Shown: positions 39,311-48,123, numbered from the stretch's first letter. The stretch is 64,000 nt of DNA from Actinomycetota bacterium (GCA_035640475.1 DASQWC010000023.1:4186-68185), one strand, 5' to 3'. Numbers and translations are program-made. The notes: generated from the sequence alone by a model not told the origin.

Positions 39311-39971
39311 CGCGAACGAGCTCGCGCCGAACCGCGAAGCCCGCCGCTGCGACGATCGGAACGGTCGCGATGACGAGGAACCAGACCGCACGCGTCCACG
39401 GCTGTGTCGAACGTGCGCGGCCGGTGAGCCCTTCGAGCGAGTCGGGATCAACGGCGACCGGACGATCCAGGGCGCCGGGCGCCGCTTTGGAGACGCCGAC
39501 CGGCGCCAGCGTCGCAGCGGGTGACGGCGCCGCCGACGCAACCGGCGTGGTCGTGACGGCCGCGCCGGGCGGCGGCGGAGTCGCAGCCGTACCCGTCGGT
39601 GCGGCCGTCGATGCGGGCGCAGCCGCGCGCACGATGAGCCTGGAAACGTGTCCGCGCGCCTCGTGCGGCCGGCAGTACAGCCGGAAGTTCCCAACCTTCG
39701 TCAGCGCGGGCGTCGTATAGGTCTCGCCGAGCAGAATCCCCGGCGAGTGGATGTTCAGCTCGTCGACATCGACTGTGTGTGGCGGGTAGATCCCCTCGCG
39801 CACGGTGAATGCGACTTGATCGCCCTGTGTCACGACGATCTTCGATCGGTCGCCGGTCGCGTCGTCCTGATACCAGTAGTTGCCGATCGACGCGCTGCGT
39901 GTCGACGCCAGCGCCGTGCCGGCCGCAAGCACCGAGCCGGCGAGAACGGTCGCGATCGCAAAGCGCCTCAC
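39192..39971 (-). CDS. cupredoxin-domain protein with Pro/Ala/Thr-rich linker, C-terminal TM and Arg/Ser-rich tail
   Basis: Signal peptide. Paralogue of the 36145 cupredoxin (PPHTVDVDELNIH; YCRPHEARGH gives C-x2-H-x4-H). TM AVWFLVIATVPIVAAAGFAV. The last ~40 codons are antisense to the bgl 3' end. Confidence 0.65.
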   Translation of the reverse strand: MRRFAIATVLAGSVLAAGTALASTRSASIGNYWYQDDATGDRSKIVVTQGDQVAFTVREGIYPPHTVDVDELNIHSPGILLGETYTTPALTKVGNFRLYCRPHEARGHVSRLIVRAAAPASTAAPTGTAATPPPPGAAVTTTPVASAAPSPAATLAPVGVSKAAPGALDRPVAVDPDSLEGLTGRARSTQPWTRAVWFLVIATVPIVAAAGFAVRRELVRVSSGTSRSSPSRARSRARSPRSSTRRVSGSGRTSRGRKR

Positions 39972-40372
39972 GTCCCGAACACCATCTCGCCGGCGAGCAG
40001 CCCGGCGGCAACGAGGGCGATCATCCCGAGCGTCGCGAGGGCGACGTCGCCGGCGACGGGCAGACGGCGCCGCCAGAGGTAATGAGCGGTAAAGGCACCG
40101 GCCGTCACGAGGCCCGCCGCCATGTGCCAGATCAGAGGTGCATCCGTTCGCGGTTCGAGCAAGAAGCCGATGCCTCGCGTGTCGATGAACGCTGTGGCAA
40201 TCGTCAGCGGGAGCGCAACGACGCCGACGAGCTCGAACAGGCGCGAACGGCCGTCCCAGCGCTCGTCACCGGTCGCGTAACGGACGAGCAGACATACCCA
40301 TGCCGCGCTGAGCATTGCGACGGGAAAGTGAACGATCGCGGGATGAACGGGCAGAGCGAACGGGTTGAGCAT
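39968..40372 (-). CDS. DUF2231 domain membrane protein
   Basis: HPAIVHFPVAMLSAAWV N-terminal motif and four TM helices. The ATG at 40372 is in frame within ORF 39968..40723. The stop overlaps the start of the downstream cupredoxin. Confidence 0.7.
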   Translation of the reverse strand: MLNPFALPVHPAIVHFPVAMLSAAWVCLLVRYATGDERWDGRSRLFELVGVVALPLTIATAFIDTRGIGFLLEPRTDAPLIWHMAAGLVTAGAFTAHYLWRRRLPVAGDVALATLGMIALVAAGLLAGEMVFGT

Positions 40373-40392
40373 CCGCCGCGTCCTTTGTTCCG

Positions 40393-40842
40393 CTAGACGA
40401 CCTGAAGGATTCCCGTCATGCCCTCTTGGTAATGGGCGTTGACGGAACAGAAGTACCTGATGGTGGTCCCGACCTTCTCCTTGATCTTGACGTTGATCGC
40501 CTTCCCCATTTGGCCGGAGCGCACAAATCCCTTCCGTACGCCCTGGACGGTCCCGTTCTCGAACACGACGTTGTGGCCCGGACAGCCGACCATGTCGCAG
40601 AAGCCGTCCATGTACACCCAGGAGACGGTCGTTCCGCGCTTGACCTCGACGACCGCTTGTGGATTGTCGACGCCCGCCGGACCCGTGTCCGTCCGGAGAT
40701 AGCCGACATCCAGCGGCGTGCACGACGCCGCCTGACAGAACCTGAAGTTCGAGATCGTCAGCTTGAGCTTCGGTGCGGCAGACGCCGCTGGAACGAGCGA
40801 CGACAGAGCGACGACGAGAATCCCGGCGGCGAGCTTGCGCAT
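40393..40842 (-). CDS. secreted cupredoxin-like blue copper protein
   Basis: Signal peptide ending ASAAP. H in CPGHNVVF and C-x4-H-x4-M in FCSVNAHYQEGM. Confidence 0.7.
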   Translation of the reverse strand: MRKLAAGILVVALSSLVPAASAAPKLKLTISNFRFCQAASCTPLDVGYLRTDTGPAGVDNPQAVVEVKRGTTVSWVYMDGFCDMVGCPGHNVVFENGTVQGVRKGFVRSGQMGKAINVKIKEKVGTTIRYFCSVNAHYQEGMTGILQVV

Positions 40843-40849
40843 GTGCCTC

Positions 40850-41215
40850 CTATCCCAGCAGATCGTCCAGCGACTTCCGCTTCTTCGGCTCCCTTGCCAT
40901 CAGATCTCCGAGATCACCCTTTTTCCGGGAGCCCTCCGCTGCCAGCTTGGCGTCGAGCTCGGCGGCGCGCTTGCCTCTGATCTCTCCGGCTGCGTCGATG
41001 AGCTCCTCGAGTGTCTTGCGGGGCCCGCCCTCGATGCGGATGCGCAGCGCGGCGAGCACATCTGCATGCCGGTTGATGAGCCCATGCGTGCGATCGATCT
41101 CGGCCAGGACGGCCTCGGCCTTGCGGATGAGCTCGAGGTCCGCCTTCTCGTCAGACTCGGCGTCCGAAGCAGTCTCGTCGGAGGGGGCGCCTTGCGGCGC
41201 ATCCTGCGTCATCAT
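40850..41215 (-). CDS. hypothetical coiled-coil protein (acidic N-terminus, basic C-terminus)
   Basis: Starts at the MM doublet at 41215. No family recognised. Lies 8 nt upstream of the cupredoxin gene on the same strand. Confidence 0.45.
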   Translation of the reverse strand: MMTQDAPQGAPSDETASDAESDEKADLELIRKAEAVLAEIDRTHGLINRHADVLAALRIRIEGGPRKTLEELIDAAGEIRGKRAAELDAKLAAEGSRKKGDLGDLMAREPKKRKSLDDLLG

Positions 41216-41292
41216 TTCTGAGGATAGCGTTTGCACCGATGGGTGCCGGAAGTCACCCTGGGTATCCACTTCTACGAGCGATTGGGGTCGTC

Positions 41293-42897
41293 ATGAGCAG
41301 GGAGCGCCTGACACCGGCAGACGCGATGTTCTTGCACCTCGAGGACGACCACACGCACATGCACGTTGCGTCGGTGACGATCTTCGATGGCTCGGTCGAC
41401 TATCAGGAAGCCCTGGACGAGATCCGCCGGCGCCTCCACCTCGTCCCTCGATTCCGGCAGAAGCTCGCGTTCGTCCCACTGGGTCTCGAGCGTCCGGTGT
41501 GGGTGGACGACCCGCACTTCAACCTCGAGTACCACATCCGCCACACGGCGCTACCGGCGCCCGGCAGTGAGGAGCAGCTCAAGCGCTTGGCCGGCCGGGT
41601 CATGTCCCAGCAGCTTGACCGGACGAAACCGCTGTGGGAGATCTGGCTCGTCGACAAGCTCGCCGGCGACCGCTTCGCGATGATCGCCAAGACCCATCAC
41701 TGCCTCGTCGACGGTGTCTCCGGCGCCGACATCACGGCGGTGCTGCTCGATCTGACGCCGGAGCCGCCCGATCTTCGAGCTGAGCCGTGGGTGCCGGAAC
41801 CGGAGCCGACTCCTGCACAGCTCGTGACGGACGCGGTCCGCGAGCGGACGACGCAGCCGATGGAGATGATTCGCGGCATTCGAGCTGCGACGCGTGCTCC
41901 CCGACGCGTTCTGAAGGGCGCGACGGATTTTCTCGAAGGTATCGGCGCGCTGGCGTGGGCCGGCCTCAACCCGGCTCCCCGTTCGCCGATCAACGTGTCG
42001 ATCGGCCCCCACCGTCGTGTCGAGTTCGTTCGGGCGTCCTTGGACGACTTCAAGGCCATCAAGAACGCACTCGGCGGGACGGTAAACGATGTCGTCCTCG
42101 CCGTTGTCTCCGGATCGCTTCGCCGCTTCCTCCAGCACCGCGGCGTAGACGTGCGTGGGCTCGAGCTCAAAGCGATGGTGCCGATGTCGACTCGAACCGA
42201 CGAGGAGCGCGGTGCGCTCGGCAATCGCGTCACGGCCATGGCGGCGCCGCTGCCGATCTACGAAGAGGATCCGGTCGTTCGCCTGAGCATCGTCCGAGAG
42301 GCAATGAAAGATGTGAAGTCCTCAAAGCAGGCCGTCGGGGCCGAGATGATCACCCAGCTCTCAGGCTTTGCGCCGCCGACGATCCTCGGACAAGTCGGCC
42401 GGCTTCAAGCCCAGCAGCGCTTCTTCAATGTGCTCGTGACGAACGTGCCCGGCCCCCAGTTCCCGCTGTACTCGCGAGGACACAAGCTGCTCGATCTGTT
42501 CCCGATGGCGCCGCTGTCTGCCAACCAGGCGCTCAACTTCGCGGTGATGTCCTACAATGGCCAGTTCGGATTCGGCCTCATCGCCGACTACGATGCCTTG
42601 CCCGACCTCGGAGTTATCGCGGAGGGCCTCGAGAAATCGATCGGCGAGCTCATGCAGGCCGCGGAGGAAGCGTCGCCGCCCGAGCCGGTCGCGGCGATTG
42701 CATCCGACCCCGAACCCGAGCCCGAACCGGAGCCGGGGCCGGAACCCGAGCCCGAGCCCGCGCCGGATCCGCAGACGCCGGAGCCGTCGAACGGGAACGG
42801 CTCGAAACAGACCGGGCAGGTTCAGATCGGACAGCCGTCCCCGCGCCGCGGTGAGATCCCGACGACGCGGCCGCAGCCGCCGCCGCCGGGAGCCTGA
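41293..42897 (+). CDS. wax ester synthase/diacylglycerol acyltransferase (WS/DGAT) with Pro/Glu-rich C-terminal tail
   Basis: Active-site HHCLVDGVSG, plus PLWE, NVPGP and a conserved C-terminal domain. A tail of about 75 aa (PEPEPEPEPGPEPEPEPAPDP...) follows. Confidence 0.88.
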   Translation: MSRERLTPADAMFLHLEDDHTHMHVASVTIFDGSVDYQEALDEIRRRLHLVPRFRQKLAFVPLGLERPVWVDDPHFNLEYHIRHTALPAPGSEEQLKRLAGRVMSQQLDRTKPLWEIWLVDKLAGDRFAMIAKTHHCLVDGVSGADITAVLLDLTPEPPDLRAEPWVPEPEPTPAQLVTDAVRERTTQPMEMIRGIRAATRAPRRVLKGATDFLEGIGALAWAGLNPAPRSPINVSIGPHRRVEFVRASLDDFKAIKNALGGTVNDVVLAVVSGSLRRFLQHRGVDVRGLELKAMVPMSTRTDEERGALGNRVTAMAAPLPIYEEDPVVRLSIVREAMKDVKSSKQAVGAEMITQLSGFAPPTILGQVGRLQAQQRFFNVLVTNVPGPQFPLYSRGHKLLDLFPMAPLSANQALNFAVMSYNGQFGFGLIADYDALPDLGVIAEGLEKSIGELMQAAEEASPPEPVAAIASDPEPEPEPEPGPEPEPEPAPDPQTPEPSNGNGSKQTGQVQIGQPSPRRGEIPTTRPQPPPPGA

Positions 42898-42899
42898 TC

Positions 42900-43319
42900 G
42901 TGCAGCTCGACCTGTCGCGGCTCGTCCGGATCTTCACCGTAGCCGTCGGCGCGCTGATCACGTTCCTCGGTCTGTGGTCGTTCTTCAGCCCGCAGTCCTT
43001 CTACGATCAGCTCGCGACGTTCCCCCCGTACAACCGCCACCTGTTCCACGACGTCGGTGCGTTCCAGATCGGGATCGGCGCGGGCCTCATGCTTGCCGTC
43101 CGTGCGCGCGACGCACTCTTGCTCGGACTCGAGGTCGGTGCGATCGCGTCGGTCGTCCACGCGATCTCGCACGTCATCGACCGGAACCTCGGAGGGCGCA
43201 CGACGGACCCACTCAGCTTGTCGCTTCTTGCGCTTCTGTTCGTCGCCGCCGCCGTCCTGCGGCGGCGCGAACTCTCCTCGCGTGCAGAGCGGCGCGCCGA
43301 GGTCGTCCAGACCGATTAG
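42900..43319 (+). CDS. hypothetical 4-TM membrane protein
   Basis: The GTG start lies 2 nt after the WS/DGAT stop. Four hydrophobic helices; no family recognised. Confidence 0.45.
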   Translation: MQLDLSRLVRIFTVAVGALITFLGLWSFFSPQSFYDQLATFPPYNRHLFHDVGAFQIGIGAGLMLAVRARDALLLGLEVGAIASVVHAISHVIDRNLGGRTTDPLSLSLLALLFVAAAVLRRRELSSRAERRAEVVQTD

Positions 43320-43344
43320 CGGGGGGCGCTTCGCGCCATCCGGG

Positions 43345-43695
<351 letters not shown>

Positions 43696-43702
43696 TTAGT
43701 CC

Positions 43703-45058
43703 CTACGCTCCCGCCATCGTGTATCCGGCCTCGCCGTGTTGCGAGAGGTCGAGACCGGTCGTCTCATCCTCCTCCGTCACACGCAGGCCGATGACGGCGT
43801 TGATGATCACCAGAATGATCAGCGACACCACCAAGGACCACACCGTCGTGATGGCCGATGCGGCCGCCTGTTGGCCCAGCAGCTTGAGACCGCCGCCGTA
43901 GACGAGCCCCTTCTGGCCCATCAGCGCCGTCTGCTCCGTGGCGAAGATGCCGGTGAGCAGCGCGCCGATGAGACCGCCGACGTAGTGCACGCCGACCACG
44001 TCGAGTGCGTCGTCGTAGTTGAAGCGGCGCTTCAGGCTCACCGCGAAGTAGCAGAGGAATCCGGCGGCGAACCCGATGATCAGGGACGACCACGGCCGCA
44101 CGTAGCCCGAGGCCGGCGTGATCGCGACGAGGCCCGCCACAGCACCGGTTGCGGCGCCGACCGTGGTCGGCTTCCGGTGCTGAATCCACTCGGGGATGAT
44201 CCAGCCGAACACGGCTGCGGCCGTCGCCGCGTGCGTGTTCGTGAAGGCCAGGGCGGCCAGCCCACCCGAAGCCAGCGCACTTCCCCCGTTGAACCCGAAC
44301 CAACCGAACCAGAGGATCGACGCGCCCAGGACGACGAACGGCACGTTGTGCGGGACGATCGACGAATCGCCCGGATAACCCTTGCGCCGACCGAGCACGA
44401 TCGCGAACGCGAGCGCCGCGATACCGGCGTTCTGGTGAACGACGGTCCCGCCGGCAAAGTCGAGGGCGCCGAGTCCGTTCAGACCGTTCAGCATCCCGAG
44501 GCCCCACACCCAGTGCGCGACCGGGGCATAGACGACCACGACCCACAGCGCTGTGAACGCGAGATAGGCGCTGAATTTGATGCGCTCCGCGTAGGCGCCG
44601 GCGATCAGGGCCGGCGTGATGACGGCGAACATCATCTGGTAGACGCCGTAGGCCATGTGCGGGATCGTCGCGGCGAGGTCGGCGTTCGGATCGCCCCCCA
44701 CGTCCTTGAACCCGAGGAAATCGAGGCCGCCGAGCCAGCCTCCGTCGCCGATGACCTTCCCGATATCCGGCCCGAACGCGAGCGTGTGACCGATGGCGAC
44801 CCAGAGGACCGTGACGATCCCGAGCGCCATGAACGAGTGCATGATCGTCCCGAGAACGTTCTTCTGCCGGACGAGACCGCCGTAGAAGAACGCCAGGCCC
44901 GGGGTCATGAACATGACCAGGGCGGCCGAGGTCAGAATCCACGCCGTGTCGCCGGTATCCACCGGAGACTCTTGCGCCGCGAAAGCCGGAAGGGCGGTCA
45001 ACGCCACGAACACGGCTCCCAGCGCTGCGATTACCCCTAGACGCCGTCCATTGCGCAT
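43703..45058 (-). CDS. amt: ammonium transporter (AmtB-type)
   Basis: Signal peptide, DTAWILTSAALVMFMTPGLAFFYGG, FAGGTVVHQNAG, VGVHYVGG. SD AGGGGG precedes the ATG. Confidence 0.95.
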   Translation of the reverse strand: MRNGRRLGVIAALGAVFVALTALPAFAAQESPVDTGDTAWILTSAALVMFMTPGLAFFYGGLVRQKNVLGTIMHSFMALGIVTVLWVAIGHTLAFGPDIGKVIGDGGWLGGLDFLGFKDVGGDPNADLAATIPHMAYGVYQMMFAVITPALIAGAYAERIKFSAYLAFTALWVVVVYAPVAHWVWGLGMLNGLNGLGALDFAGGTVVHQNAGIAALAFAIVLGRRKGYPGDSSIVPHNVPFVVLGASILWFGWFGFNGGSALASGGLAALAFTNTHAATAAAVFGWIIPEWIQHRKPTTVGAATGAVAGLVAITPASGYVRPWSSLIIGFAAGFLCYFAVSLKRRFNYDDALDVVGVHYVGGLIGALLTGIFATEQTALMGQKGLVYGGGLKLLGQQAAASAITTVWSLVVSLIILVIINAVIGLRVTEEDETTGLDLSQHGEAGYTMAGA

Positions 45059-45121
45059 CCAAGCCCCCTGTGCATCGCCGTCTGAGTCCGGGGAACCCTA
45101 GGCGAGCGGCTTTTCGGGGAC

Positions 45122-45148
45122 GTTTCCGATTGTTACGCGTGCGTTAAC
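45122..45148 (-). promoter_or_regulatory. candidate nitrogen-regulator operator, GTTAAC-n16-GAAAC, upstream of amt (43703..45058)
   Basis: The minus strand reads GTTAAC GCACGC GTAAC AATCG GAAAC, ending 63 nt upstream of the amt ATG. The same GTTAAC-n16-GAAAY arrangement occurs upstream of the second amt gene. Confidence 0.35.
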
Positions 45149-45153
45149 TGACG

Positions 45154-45180
45154 GGAGGAGCGTCTTGCCGACGCTCCTCC
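45154..45180 (-). terminator. hairpin downstream of the second glnK (putative terminator of the amt-zf-glnK operon)
   Basis: Perfect 11-bp stem GGAGGAGCGTC / GACGCTCCTCC with a 5-nt loop, 33 nt after the glnK stop. There is no U-tract, which is common in GC-rich genomes. Confidence 0.5.
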
Positions 45181-45212
45181 GCCAGTTGCGTGGGGTGCAG
45201 CTCGCGGGCGGC

Positions 45213-45560
<348 letters not shown>

Positions 45561-45567
45561 CTAGGCC

Positions 45568-45960
45568 CTACTGCATTCGTGAGAGCACGAACACCAACAG
45601 CACAACGATGGGGACGAACAGTACGAACCGCAGACCACCTTCTCGCAGCGTTCGCTTCACGCCGATCGTTGGATCTGCACCGGCGTCGGTACGTGCCCTG
45701 CGAGATCCGATCCGGCCAAAGAAGATCGCTGCGTATGACGTCCCCAAGGCAACAAGGAAAGCAACCGGTGGGGCATGCAATGCAGACAAGACGACGACCG
45801 CAACGACGAACACGAGCGGTGCGGCTATGCGCGCAACCACGTTGCGCGCATAGCCCGGGTGGGCGCTGCGTAGGTGACGCGCGCGTTCGCGCGCGCCACC
45901 TACGCGAGCTCCACACAGCTCGCAGCGATCGGCCTCCAACCGCTCGGCTGTCTGGGCCAT
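45568..45960 (-). CDS. small membrane protein with N-terminal C2H2-type zinc-finger motif
   Basis: The ATG directly abuts the amt stop (TAGATG). CELCGARVGGARERARHLRSAH gives C-x2-C-x12-H-x4-H, followed by three hydrophobic helices. The glnK SD lies 13 nt downstream. Confidence 0.6.
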   Translation of the reverse strand: MAQTAERLEADRCELCGARVGGARERARHLRSAHPGYARNVVARIAAPLVFVVAVVVLSALHAPPVAFLVALGTSYAAIFFGRIGSRRARTDAGADPTIGVKRTLREGGLRFVLFVPIVVLLVFVLSRMQ

Positions 45961-47613
45961 CTAGACCTCCCGTCCGACGCGGACGGCTCCCGTTGTCGCC
46001 ATCTCGTCCAGCGCCTTGGCGATGGCCGGCGCCTCGAGGTCCGGGTAGGCGTAGACGCCCATCTCCGGAAGGTCGAGACCGATGTCCTCATCCTCGGGCT
46101 TGCTCCGGATGCCCTGGATCGCGTGCTGGAGCTTGAAGAAGATCCAGCCGACGCCACCACCGAAGACGACGATCGTCAGACAACCGATCAGCTGAGCGAC
46201 CAGCTGCCCGCCGTCCCCATAGAACAGGCCCGTCACGGTGCCGTCCACCCCATTCCATCCGGCGCCGTACGTACCGTCGGCGAACAGGCCGAGCGCGATG
46301 AGGCCCCACAGACCGTTGATGCCGTGAACCGAGACAGCACCAACCGGGTCATCGATCTTCGCCCTTCGCTCGAAGAACAAGATCGACTCGATCACGAGCA
46401 CGCCGGCGATCGCACCGATCAGCAGCGCGATTCCCGGTGAGACGAACGCGCAAGGCGCAGTGATGGCAACCAACCCGGCGAGCATCCCGTTCGCGGACAT
46501 GCCTGGATCGGGCTTGCCGAACCGTGACTTTCGCATCGCCCAGAGCATCGCCACGAACGCTCCGGTGGCCGACGCGAGCATCGTGTTCACAGCAACGACG
46601 GAGATCCGCAGGTCCATCGACGAGAGCGACGAACCGGCGTTGAACCCGAACCAGCCGAAGGCGAGGATGAACGTTCCAAGGATTGCCAGCGGCAGGTTGT
46701 ACGCGGGAAGCGTGTTGGGCGTGCCGTCGGCGTTGTACTTGCCCCTGCGAGGTCCGATCACCGAGGCACCGGCGAGCGCAAGCCAGCCGCCCATGCCATG
46801 AACGACCCCGGAGCCGGCGAAGTCGACATAGCCGTGCCCGAAGCCCGACTTGGAGCCGAGCTGTGACAGCCAGCCGCCGCCCCAAGCCCAGTTGCCGAAG
46901 ACCGGGTAGAAGAACATCGAGACGACAAAGCCGTAGACGACAAAGGCTGACCACTTCCAACGCTCGGCCATAGCTCCGGTGACGATCGTCGCCGTCGTAT
47001 CCATGAAGACGAGGTTGAACAGGAAGTGCGTCATCACACCGACGTCGTAGATGCCGCTAAAACCGAAGCCCTTCGTCCCCAGAATGTTCCAGCCACCGAC
47101 CGTGACGGCTGTGCCGCTCAGCGCCTTGGCACCTCCGAGCAATCCGATACCGCCGTAGCTGCCGAACATGAAGGCGTAGCCCACCAGGAAGAATCCGATG
47201 ATGCCGATGCCGTAAATCATGAAATTGGTCATCAACACATGCGCAGAGTTCTTCCGCTGGCAGAAGCCTGTCTCGACGAGCGCGAAACCCGCCTGCATGA
47301 ACATGACGAGGAACCCGGCGACGAGCGTCCACGTGAAGTTGATGCCGATCTTGGCCTTTCCTACCGTGTCCGCGACCTGCTGGAAGGCGTCCTGGTCGTA
47401 GTCGTCGGGCGCCTCCGTGACCGCATTTCCTTCGTCGTCGGTGACGACGTCACCCATGGTGCCGGTCATGTCGCCACACGGGTCTCCGGCGTCCGCTGCC
47501 GAAGCGATCTTGCCGCCGCACGCCTCTTGCGCATGCGCGGCCGCCCCGCCGAACAAGAGCAGCCCCCCGGCGAACAGTGCCAGCAACCAGCCGGCACAAA
47601 TACGTCGGCTCAC
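45961..47613 (-). CDS. amt: ammonium transporter (second copy, divergent clade) with acidic Cys-containing N-terminal extracytoplasmic extension
   Basis: The GTG start follows GGAGGTG. Signal peptide plus ~60 aa Asp/Gly-rich segment. Amt core: FLVMFMQAGFALVETGF, DFAGSGVVHGMGG, AVSVHGINGLWG. Long C-terminal tail. Confidence 0.92.
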   Translation of the reverse strand: MSRRICAGWLLALFAGGLLLFGGAAAHAQEACGGKIASAADAGDPCGDMTGTMGDVVTDDEGNAVTEAPDDYDQDAFQQVADTVGKAKIGINFTWTLVAGFLVMFMQAGFALVETGFCQRKNSAHVLMTNFMIYGIGIIGFFLVGYAFMFGSYGGIGLLGGAKALSGTAVTVGGWNILGTKGFGFSGIYDVGVMTHFLFNLVFMDTTATIVTGAMAERWKWSAFVVYGFVVSMFFYPVFGNWAWGGGWLSQLGSKSGFGHGYVDFAGSGVVHGMGGWLALAGASVIGPRRGKYNADGTPNTLPAYNLPLAILGTFILAFGWFGFNAGSSLSSMDLRISVVAVNTMLASATGAFVAMLWAMRKSRFGKPDPGMSANGMLAGLVAITAPCAFVSPGIALLIGAIAGVLVIESILFFERRAKIDDPVGAVSVHGINGLWGLIALGLFADGTYGAGWNGVDGTVTGLFYGDGGQLVAQLIGCLTIVVFGGGVGWIFFKLQHAIQGIRSKPEDEDIGLDLPEMGVYAYPDLEAPAIAKALDEMATTGAVRVGREV

Positions 47614-47685
47614 ATGTCACCTCCACTCGTCACACCGCATCCGCCCACCGCGGACGGGCTCGCTTGGGAAAGGTAGCGATGTGCG

Positions 47686-47712
47686 ATTTCGTCGAAATTG
47701 CGCGACGTTAAC
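47686..47712 (-). promoter_or_regulatory. candidate nitrogen-regulator operator, GTTAAC-n16-GAAAT, upstream of amt (45961..47613)
   Basis: The minus strand reads GTTAAC GTCGCG CAATTTCGAC GAAAT, ending 72 nt upstream of the amt GTG. Same spacing as the site at 45122..45148. Confidence 0.35.
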
Positions 47713-47750
47713 GTGGGATTGCGGACGTCTCAGCGGACAATCATCGCGGA

Positions 47751-47767
47751 GTTAACCCAGACGAAAC
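47751..47767 (+). promoter_or_regulatory. GlnR-box-like site GTTAAC-n6-GAAAC upstream of the winged-helix/antiporter genes
   Basis: GTTAACccagacGAAAC matches the actinobacterial GlnR half-site pair gTnAc-n6-GaAAc, 45 nt upstream of the ATG at 47812. A weaker cTTAAC-n6-GAAGT follows at 47783..47799. Confidence 0.35.
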
Positions 47768-47811
47768 ACCAGCCCACCTGCGCTTAACTTTCGGGAAGTA
47801 AGGTCCGCGGC

Positions 47812-48123
47812 ATGCAAGTGAGAGTCGGCGCCGGTGATTCGCTTGCCGTCGGTCGGCTCACAATCGAGCTCGACGCGTATCGAGCTCACCTCGCAGATCG
47901 GGCTCTCGTCCTGACGCCCGCGCAGTTCGACCTGCTCGCCTACCTCGTGCGCAACCGAGACCGCGTCGTCACTCGGGATGAGCTCGCCGTCGCCGGGCGC
48001 CTCGAGCACATGCATTCGGTCGACGTGACACTGTCCTCGCTGCGGCGCGTCCTCGGAGCCGGATTCATCCGCAACGTGCGAAACCGCGGTTGGATCATCG
48101 AGCCCGACGCGGTGAGTTCCTGA
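47812..48123 (+). CDS. stand-alone OmpR/PhoB-type winged-helix DNA-binding protein (no receiver domain)
   Basis: 103 aa. LAVGRLTIELDAYRAHLADRALVLTPAQFDLLAYLVRNRDRVVTRDELA ... VDVTLSSLRRVLG ... IRNVRNRGWII follows the Trans_reg_C pattern. Confidence 0.8.
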   Translation: MQVRVGAGDSLAVGRLTIELDAYRAHLADRALVLTPAQFDLLAYLVRNRDRVVTRDELAVAGRLEHMHSVDVTLSSLRRVLGAGFIRNVRNRGWIIEPDAVSS

